Assembly: GCA_017964485.1 (NCBI GenBank) | Contig: JAGCRW010000039.1 | Span: 1,365-65,364 of the forward strand | Reading direction: 5' to 3' | From: Muribaculaceae bacterium | GTDB taxonomy: Bacteria > Bacteroidota > Bacteroidia > Bacteroidales > Muribaculaceae | DNA length: 64,000 nucleotides | Shown here: in pieces, positions 43,939-51,088 of the stretch | Layout: each line of letters starts with the position of its first letter | How positions within the stretch are numbered: the stretch's first letter is position 1 | The notes under the pieces: model-generated | The model's input: only the letters and a program-made list of their open reading frames with translations | Told to the model about the DNA's origin: nothing | Database searches by the model: none | Program-made: the position numbers and the translations under genes

Positions 43939-46900
43939 TTATTCTCCTAACAATATGTTGTAGATGCAAGTGATGTCAACGCTCGTGATGCTGCCATCGC
44001 CATTGACGTCACAAGTATCGAAATAGGTAGTGTCGCCATTTAGCAAGTAGTTGTAGATGCATGTGACATCCACACTTGTCACTACCCCGTCGCCGTCAAC
44101 GTCGCCATAGACCTGCGAACCAGCAGCAAGGGTGGTGACACTGATAACGTTAGACCAACTTGTCTCCTTAGCACCAAACACTGCCTTCACATCATAGAAA
44201 TAAGTGGTGCTTGCGTCAAGGTCAAGAACCTTATAGCTGTTAGCTGTGATGCCAGTGAATGTAACACCATCATAATCGATTGACTTAGCAGCGCCTGCAT
44301 GCTCGCCATCGATGACGTGGATGCTGGTGAGTATCACACGTTTGCCACCGGCTGTTGTCTCAAACTTGATCTTCTGGCCAGCACCAGGATTGCAGTCAAG
44401 CACTACAGTGTAGGTTGCCTCAGTGTTATCGGGCAAAGTAACTGTCTCACTTGCGTTACCGCAAGAAATCTTGAAGTTGCAGTTAGTGTCGCTGTTGAAG
44501 GCCTTAGCCTTGAAAGTTACAGCAACCTTGTTGTCGGTCAATGTAAGGTCAGGAGAGGTCAAGCTTCCAACCGAAGAACCAGTGCCAAAACGAACACCGC
44601 CAATATTCTCATAGAGCTTAGAGCCTGTCCAGCCTGTATTGTCCATAAAGTCGTCGAGACTGTTGTCTATGTCCACAGAGCCTGCCTTGGTGCATTTTGC
44701 GAAGCTCTCGGTGAGGATGTCGTAGTTCTTAGGCACTACGCGCAGAGTGTAGCTGTCGGCGCCCTCGCAGGGCATCCAGTTAGCAACGAAGCTGTTAGCA
44801 GTAATCTCGGTAGCGGCAGTTGCCACTGACACGGGATAAGTCGCGAGAGGCAGCTTAAAACCTATCTCATAGAGGTAAGAATAGTCATTATAGATGTTGA
44901 CCATGTAAATCTTGGACGCATCGAGTTCGCTAGAGGTTATTACCTCGGCGGCATTATAAACCGAACTTTGCTTGGTGTCGATAGGAACGCTTCCTGCAGT
45001 GACTGTGCCATCGGGATTGAGCGTGCACTCATAGATGCGCATTATCAATGGATAAGTAGAACTGCGGTTGTAGGCATACTGCTTAGCCTGAGTGCAGTTG
45101 GTCACATAGAAATACTGGTTGAGACCATTCCAGTCGCAGGCATAGCTGGTCTTGGAACCAAAATAGCTGTCGTCGCCCAAGAACACGTCGGTAGCATTCC
45201 ATGAAGTGCTGTAAGATTCGGTGATGTTGTTGGTGAACCATCCCTGCATAGAGCTTGCCATCATCACGCCATAGTTGGAGACGGTGAGCCAAGCACAGTC
45301 TTGGTCCTCATACTCGGTGTACCTATACAAGTTCGGAATGTCGCTCACATTCCAGCCTGCCGCGTCAATGGTCTCATATTTCGCAATGTCGAGATATGGA
45401 TCATTGGCAGTGCCGCCATCAACAACTTTTCCCATGAGCTCAACGGTCTTGCTCTCGGCACCCTCGCTGGTGATTGTGACTGATGCGTTATAATCGCCTA
45501 CCGCAGCAGAGTTGAATGTCACAGTCAGCGCCAGCGGTGTGTTGACATTGGTGCTGCTTTGAGGAATTGCCGTTGGCGAAACGGTGAAAACGCCATTCTC
45601 GTCGTTGAGCGTAACAGCCACGTCATTGGTCAAGAACGCGCCAGTGAGTGTGATGATCTTAGTCACTGGCGACGACTTAGTGGTAGTGAAGTTGAGTGTC
45701 GCGGGATCTACAAGCAGTGTGGGCACGCGGGGCATTGCCGCTCCAGTGATGGGCACGGCAACGGGTGCCACGTCCTCGTCGGGGCAGTTCAGTGTGAGCA
45801 GTGCCTCGCTGTTACCTGCCTCAGCAGGAGCATAGGTGACAACCAAGTCAAAACCATTTGCAGCCTGCTCAGCAGTGATGGTGGTGGCGTTAATGCTGTA
45901 AAGATCAGAACCAGTAAAGTCAACGGTGATGTCGCTTGCGATGTTAACCGCGTCAACTCTCACAACCTCAGTATAGGTCTCCCCGGCAAACCCATTGAAG
46001 CTCACCTGCTCAGGATTGGCAATGATTCTGCCTATTGGAGGCTGGATGCCAAGCACCATGCGCTGATTGTCGCTGAAGGTGTAGGTTCTTGCCGAAAATG
46101 CGTTCATGGCATACCAACTGTTACCCTCGCCACTCCAGCCAAAGTTCACATGATATTTGTTGAGACTTGGGGCATAGCCGTCAACATTGAAGGCATGGCC
46201 TCCTGCTCCGCCAACGTCAACACCACAGTACACCACGGGGCGATGATGGATAATCTCCTCTTGCACCATCTGCGCCCATTGGTCTTCGCTATAATCGCTC
46301 TTTCTCACAAAACGGCATATTGACGCGTCATAGCCGAAACTAATGTACATATCGGCAATACCTTGGGTGTCGCTGGTGAAAATTCCGCTACCCTCAGTGC
46401 CATACATCATGTGCTCCTTTTGGCCCACATAGCGCATCAGCGTGGCAACAGCAGCAGCTTGCTCTGGGGTGTAGTCGCCAGTGTAGTCGTCAATCATGTT
46501 GTCCCAGTCGAAGGTGACAGCGGGCAGGGCAGGATAGGTGTAGGTTACGCTATTATATTCTCCCAGATCAAGAGTAGTAGTATAAGAAGGGATAGGACCC
46601 ACCTGATGGGTGGGGTATTTCCAGTGATACAGAATCATCGATGCCGAAGTGGCAGGGCAACCAGTATAGCACTCATAGGTTGTGCCATTGTAGGTGAAAT
46701 GACACTGGTCATTAAAGGGAGCAGCCTGATACCAGATGGCAGTCAGCAGTGGCCCTATGGGGAGGTTGCCCTTAAGCTTCGGCGACTTGATGGCCGTGGG
46801 TTTGTCAACCTTCACATCAGGATGAGTGAGCAGCCAGTCGAGCTGCTGCTTGTAGTTGTCGAGCCACGACTGCATGTTAGCTGGTATGCGGTCAAGGTTA

Positions 46901-47190
46901 AGTGGTTTGTCGCCAATGGCGAGGATTTCCTCGGCACGGTCGTCACCCGAGACAATCACAAACGTGGTGGCCGTGTTGAAGATGTAATACACAGGAGTCT
47001 GAGCCTTCTCGCCCATCTCGGTCTTGATGAGCTTGGCATCGGCAGCTCCAGGCGCCATGAATTTGCCTGCATATACCTTGTTCATAAGATAGTGCTGAGC
47101 CTTAATTCTCGCCGTTGTCACATCAACGGGCGCCGCCATCAGTTGCACCGCAACCATAATGACGGTGAGTAGAGATAAAAGTTTTTTCAT
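43939..47190 (-). CDS. P2: secreted C10 cysteine peptidase with Ig-like repeats, module A, module B and dockerin-type module
   Basis: 1083 aa. N-terminus ~80% identical at DNA level to P1 and P3 by eye. CYTGCPATSASMILYHW (Cys), GGAGGHAFNVDGYAP (His), NFGWSGEGNSW. Module B aa 785-1027 (nt 44110-44838). Dockerin-type tail nt 43942-44109. Confidence 0.85.
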   Translation of the reverse strand: MKKLLSLLTVIMVAVQLMAAPVDVTTARIKAQHYLMNKVYAGKFMAPGAADAKLIKTEMGEKAQTPVYYIFNTATTFVIVSGDDRAEEILAIGDKPLNLDRIPANMQSWLDNYKQQLDWLLTHPDVKVDKPTAIKSPKLKGNLPIGPLLTAIWYQAAPFNDQCHFTYNGTTYECYTGCPATSASMILYHWKYPTHQVGPIPSYTTTLDLGEYNSVTYTYPALPAVTFDWDNMIDDYTGDYTPEQAAAVATLMRYVGQKEHMMYGTEGSGIFTSDTQGIADMYISFGYDASICRFVRKSDYSEDQWAQMVQEEIIHHRPVVYCGVDVGGAGGHAFNVDGYAPSLNKYHVNFGWSGEGNSWYAMNAFSARTYTFSDNQRMVLGIQPPIGRIIANPEQVSFNGFAGETYTEVVRVDAVNIASDITVDFTGSDLYSINATTITAEQAANGFDLVVTYAPAEAGNSEALLTLNCPDEDVAPVAVPITGAAMPRVPTLLVDPATLNFTTTKSSPVTKIITLTGAFLTNDVAVTLNDENGVFTVSPTAIPQSSTNVNTPLALTVTFNSAAVGDYNASVTITSEGAESKTVELMGKVVDGGTANDPYLDIAKYETIDAAGWNVSDIPNLYRYTEYEDQDCAWLTVSNYGVMMASSMQGWFTNNITESYSTSWNATDVFLGDDSYFGSKTSYACDWNGLNQYFYVTNCTQAKQYAYNRSSTYPLIMRIYECTLNPDGTVTAGSVPIDTKQSSVYNAAEVITSSELDASKIYMVNIYNDYSYLYEIGFKLPLATYPVSVATAATEITANSFVANWMPCEGADSYTLRVVPKNYDILTESFAKCTKAGSVDIDNSLDDFMDNTGWTGSKLYENIGGVRFGTGSSVGSLTSPDLTLTDNKVAVTFKAKAFNSDTNCNFKISCGNASETVTLPDNTEATYTVVLDCNPGAGQKIKFETTAGGKRVILTSIHVIDGEHAGAAKSIDYDGVTFTGITANSYKVLDLDASTTYFYDVKAVFGAKETSWSNVISVTTLAAGSQVYGDVDGDGVVTSVDVTCIYNYLLNGDTTYFDTCDVNGDGSITSVDITCIYNILLGE
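43942..44109 (-). other. Dockerin-type duplicated segment (P2)
   Basis: YGDVDGDGVVTSVDVTCIYNYLLNGDTTYFDTCDVNGDGSITSVDITCIYNILLGE. Confidence 0.7.
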
Positions 47191-47269
47191 CGAAATAAAG
47201 TGTAATGTTATATGTAAAATAGTTGTTTTATCAAGTGTTTCTCTAAATCGAAACTCGGTTTTTCAACCG

Positions 47270-47277
47270 CAAAGTTA
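47270..47277 (-). promoter_or_regulatory. -7 promoter box TAACTTTG (minus) for P2
   Basis: Plus-strand caaagtta, 80 nt upstream of the ATG at 47190. Confidence 0.45.
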
Positions 47278-47504
47278 ACCATTTTCTCTGAATAAAACCA
47301 CTATTTACACTAATTCGCTGTAATTGCCCCTAGCTGGGAAATAATTTTCAAACGAATAAGAACGATTAAAAACAAATTCATTAAATACTGAGTTTTGCCG
47401 CGCAAGCGCGGAAATTATAGAGCCTGCGGCTCTAAAATTTATTTTGCTTAGTCGCCTGCGGCGAGAAATCTTACAAATCTATAACAAATCATAAGATTTT
47501 AGAG

Positions 47505-47532
47505 CACAAAAAAGCGCCCCAGAGGGCGCTTA
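47505..47532 (-). terminator. Intrinsic terminator of P3
   Basis: AGCGCCC-caga-GGGCGCT. On the minus strand it is followed by TTTTTTGTG. It lies 37 nt downstream of the P3 stop. Confidence 0.75.
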
Positions 47533-47568
47533 ATTGTGAATTATGCAATGTGCATTCTACATTAAACA

Positions 47569-50500
47569 TTATTTTTTTGCTCCAAGGAGGATGTTGTAGA
47601 TGCATGTGATGTCGGTAGTTGTAACTACGCCATCGCCGTCAACATCGCAGGTGCTGAGGTAGGTCTCGTCACCATTGAGGAGATAGTTGTAGACGCATGT
47701 GATGTCGGTAGTTGTAACTACACCGTCGCCGTCAACGTCGCCATAGACACCAGCACCGCCGCCAAGTGTGGTAACCATAATCTGATTAGACCACTTGGTT
47801 TGCTTAGCGCCAAAGACAGCCTTCACGTCATAGATATAGGCAGTAGAAGGCAGCAGGTCGAGCACCTTGAAGCTATTGGTAGTGATGCCTGTGAAGGTGG
47901 CACCGTCCTCATCGATTGCGTTGAGGGTAGTGTTGCTGTGGTCGCCATCCTGGACGTGGATTCTAGTAATAACCACACGCTTGCCCTTAACCACATTCTC
48001 GAAGGTGATGGTCTGGTCGGCAGCGATGTCGCAGTCGAGAACAACGGTAAAGTTTGCCTCATTGTTGTCGGCGAGAGTCACTGTCTGGCTTGAGTTGCCG
48101 CAAGAAACCTTGAGCTCGCAGTCGGTGTCGTTGTTGAACGCCTTAGCTTTGAACTTAACGGTTACCTTGCCCTCGCTTGTGAGGAGGTTGAGTCCAGGCG
48201 AAGTTAAAGTGCCAGTTGTAGAGGCAGTGCCCAAACGCATGCCACCAATAGCCTCATAAACCCTGTAGCCAGTCCAGCCTGTATTGTCCATAAAGTTGTC
48301 GAGATTGTTACCGATATCCTGAGCGCCAGCCTTGGTGCACTTAGCGAATGTCTCTGTGAGGATGTCGTAGTTCTTAGGCGCTACTCGCAGGATGTAGCTG
48401 TCGGCGCCCTCGCACAGATTCCAGTTGGCGACGAAGCTATTGGCAGTGATCTCGGTTGCGTCGGTAGCAACAGGAGTCTCATAAGTGGTGAGTGGAGTCC
48501 TGAAGCCAATCTCCAAGAGGTCGGGATAAGAACCTCCACCAGTGAGCTTAACCATATAAATCTCGCCCTCGTCAAGATTGGCCGAAGTGATAACGCCGTT
48601 GCTGCCCGATTGAGTGTCGACAGCAGTAGTTGCTGGAGTTACACTTCCGTTGGCATTGAGCGTGCACTTGTAGATTGCCAATGTTGCCGAAGAGCTGCTG
48701 TAACCGCCACCCTTAACATAAGCCTTGACTTGTGTGCAGTTGGTCACATAGAATGACTGATAGTTGCTTCCATAAACCGAATAAGCCTGGTTGCTGCCAA
48801 AGTAAGCGTTCTGGCCTGGGAAGATATCATTAGCGTCCCAAGAATTGGAGTACTCGGTGAGCGAATTGCTGGCAAACCAGTTTTGGTTGGCATCGGCCTT
48901 AGCTGCACCATAGTTAGAAAGGGTGAGCCAAGCGCAGTCTTGCTCCTCATACTCTGTGTACTTGTAGATTGTGTTCATGCCAGTGACATTGGCGCCAGCC
49001 TCGTCGATAGTCTCATAATTAGCGATATTGAGGAATGGGTCGATAGCAGTGCCACCATCACGAGCGATACCGGTGAGGTTGACAGTCTTGCTCTCGGCGC
49101 CCTCGCTGGCAAATGTGATTGAGCCATTGAATGTGCCCTCAACCGACGAGCTGAATGAAACAGCAACAGTAACAGGGGTGTTGACATCGGTGCTGGTTTG
49201 AGGAATTGCTGTGGGTGTAACGGTGAATACACCATGAGTGTCATTGAGTGTGACAGTAACGTCATTGGTCAAGAACGCTCCGGTGAGCTCGATGGTCTTG
49301 GTCACTGTTCTGTCAAGTGTAGCGCTGAAGTCAAGGTTCTCGGCAGTAACAAGGAGTGTAGGAACTCGTGGAGCAGCTACACCAGTGATGGGAACAACAA
49401 CGTCCTCAACTTCCTCGTCGGCACACGAGAGAGTGATACTTGCTGAGGTGTTGCCTGCCTCAGTGGGAGCATAGGTAACCTCCACGTTAACACCAGCAGC
49501 TGCCTCGGCAGCAGTGAGAGAAGTGTGGCTGATGCTGTAAACATTGTCACCAGTCAGGGTGATATTAATATCGTTCTCAAGGTTGCGGGCCTGAACTTTC
49601 ACAATCTGAGTGTAGGTCTCACCTGCAAAGCCATCGAAGTTAACCTCCGAAGGATTGGCCTTAATCATGCCCATAGGAGGCTGAATACCGATAACCATCT
49701 GCTGGTCGCTGTTGAAGGTGTAGCCACCACCATCGGAGAAGGCATTCATGACACACCAATTGTTGCCGTCGCCACTCCAACCGAAGTTGATGTGATACTT
49801 GTTGGTATTGGAGTTATAACCATCAACGTTGAAGGCGTGACCGCCAGCGCCTGGGTCAACAGCCATATAGACTACAGGACGTCCCTCGGCCATCTCTTCT
49901 TGCAACATCTGTGCCCAAGCAGTCTCGCTGTAACTTGACTTGAGAACCAGCTGAGTAGTTGACTCATCATAGCCAAACTCAATAAACATATCGGCAACGT
50001 TCTGCGCATCGCTAGTGTAGATGCCACTACCGCCAGCTGAAGCGGTGCCATACATCATGTGCTCGGCATGGCCCACATAGCGCATGAGTGTAGCTACTGC
50101 TGCACCCTCTTCGGCAGTGTAGGGCTCGTTTTGTGTGGCGCCATTCTCATCATACCAAGTTCCATATTTGTCTTTCATGTTGTCCCAATCAAAGGTTACT
50201 TGGGGCAGAGTGGGATAATTGAAACTCACATCATTCCAGTAGCCAAGCGAAAGTGTGCCTGTAAAACCTTGCAGTGGGCCAACAGGCTCAACTGGGTATT
50301 TCCAATAGTAGAGCACCATCGAAGCCGATGTAGCAGGGCAACCAGTGTAGCATGTGTAGTTAGTGCCACTGTATGTGAAATGACACAGGTCGTTGTAGGG
50401 TGCCAACTGATCCCAGAGAGCGGTCAGCAGCGGGCCAATTACTGTGTTGACAAGTCCGCCGGACCTGAAAGTGGTGGGTTTGCTTACTTTCGCTTCGGGG

Positions 50501-50868
50501 TGAGTGAGGAGCCAGTCAAGCTGCTCCTTGTAGGTATTAAGCCATGCCTCCATGTTCTTGGGTATGCGCTCAAGCAATAGAGGTTTGTCACCATAGGCGA
50601 GGATTTCCTCGGCACGGTCGTCACCCGAAACAATCACGAAGGTTGTAGCAGTGTTGAAGATGTAGTACACTGGAGCAGCGGCTTTGTCGCCCATCTCGGT
50701 CTTGATAAGTTTGGCCTCGGTAGCTCCAGGAGCCATGATTTTGCCGGTATACACCTTGTTGGCAAGGTATTGCTCGGCCTTAGATTTTGCCGTTGACACG
50801 TCAACTGGCGCTGCCATCAGTTGCAAAGCAAACATAACGACAGTGAGTACTGATAAAAGCTTTTTCAT
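47569..50868 (-). CDS. P3: secreted C10 cysteine peptidase with Ig-like repeats, module A (GGGSYPDLL subtype), module B and dockerin-type module
   Basis: 1099 aa. CYTGCPATSASMVLYYW (Cys180), GAGGHAFNVDGYN (His344), NFGWSGDGNNW. Module A aa ~603-792 (nt 48493-49062). Dockerin-type tail nt 47572-47745. Confidence 0.85.
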   Translation of the reverse strand: MKKLLSVLTVVMFALQLMAAPVDVSTAKSKAEQYLANKVYTGKIMAPGATEAKLIKTEMGDKAAAPVYYIFNTATTFVIVSGDDRAEEILAYGDKPLLLERIPKNMEAWLNTYKEQLDWLLTHPEAKVSKPTTFRSGGLVNTVIGPLLTALWDQLAPYNDLCHFTYSGTNYTCYTGCPATSASMVLYYWKYPVEPVGPLQGFTGTLSLGYWNDVSFNYPTLPQVTFDWDNMKDKYGTWYDENGATQNEPYTAEEGAAVATLMRYVGHAEHMMYGTASAGGSGIYTSDAQNVADMFIEFGYDESTTQLVLKSSYSETAWAQMLQEEMAEGRPVVYMAVDPGAGGHAFNVDGYNSNTNKYHINFGWSGDGNNWCVMNAFSDGGGYTFNSDQQMVIGIQPPMGMIKANPSEVNFDGFAGETYTQIVKVQARNLENDINITLTGDNVYSISHTSLTAAEAAAGVNVEVTYAPTEAGNTSASITLSCADEEVEDVVVPITGVAAPRVPTLLVTAENLDFSATLDRTVTKTIELTGAFLTNDVTVTLNDTHGVFTVTPTAIPQTSTDVNTPVTVAVSFSSSVEGTFNGSITFASEGAESKTVNLTGIARDGGTAIDPFLNIANYETIDEAGANVTGMNTIYKYTEYEEQDCAWLTLSNYGAAKADANQNWFASNSLTEYSNSWDANDIFPGQNAYFGSNQAYSVYGSNYQSFYVTNCTQVKAYVKGGGYSSSSATLAIYKCTLNANGSVTPATTAVDTQSGSNGVITSANLDEGEIYMVKLTGGGSYPDLLEIGFRTPLTTYETPVATDATEITANSFVANWNLCEGADSYILRVAPKNYDILTETFAKCTKAGAQDIGNNLDNFMDNTGWTGYRVYEAIGGMRLGTASTTGTLTSPGLNLLTSEGKVTVKFKAKAFNNDTDCELKVSCGNSSQTVTLADNNEANFTVVLDCDIAADQTITFENVVKGKRVVITRIHVQDGDHSNTTLNAIDEDGATFTGITTNSFKVLDLLPSTAYIYDVKAVFGAKQTKWSNQIMVTTLGGGAGVYGDVDGDGVVTTTDITCVYNYLLNGDETYLSTCDVDGDGVVTTTDITCIYNILLGAKK
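47572..47745 (-). other. Dockerin-type duplicated segment (P3)
   Basis: YGDVDGDGVVTTTDITCVYNYLLNGDETYLSTCDVDGDGVVTTTDITCIYNILLGAKK. Confidence 0.7.
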
Positions 50869-50937
50869 TAATAGGTGTTTTTTAAAAAATGGATATAGTT
50901 GTTTTATAATAATTTATGCTAAATCTCAAAAAGCAGC

Positions 50938-50945
50938 CAAAGTTA
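50938..50945 (-). promoter_or_regulatory. -7 promoter box TAACTTTG (minus) for P3
   Basis: Plus-strand caaagtta, 70 nt upstream of the ATG at 50868. Confidence 0.45.
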
Positions 50946-51033
50946 CCTATAATTATGCTATTATGCAAAAGTAATGAATATTTTTTAGTAGTTTTTTAGT
51001 AGTTTTCAGATATAGCATGAATATATACTAAAG

Positions 51034-51067
51034 CAAGAGCCGCTCCATGATGATGGAACGGCTCTTG
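51034..51067 (-). terminator. Hairpin terminator of P4
   Basis: caagagccgctcca-tgatga-tggaacggctcttg (one mismatch), 21 nt downstream of the P4 stop. Near-identical to the hairpin at 53356-53389. Confidence 0.6.
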
Positions 51068-51088
51068 AGATTGTATTGAATAATTGTA

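Noticed and set aside
47398-47464. The short GC hairpins as REP elements serviced by the RAYT-like gene at 2752-3240
   Set aside because: The stems are only 5-6 bp with no shared conserved head sequence, only three or four copies are visible, and the RAYT-like protein appears truncated. There is no basis for a link from this window alone.
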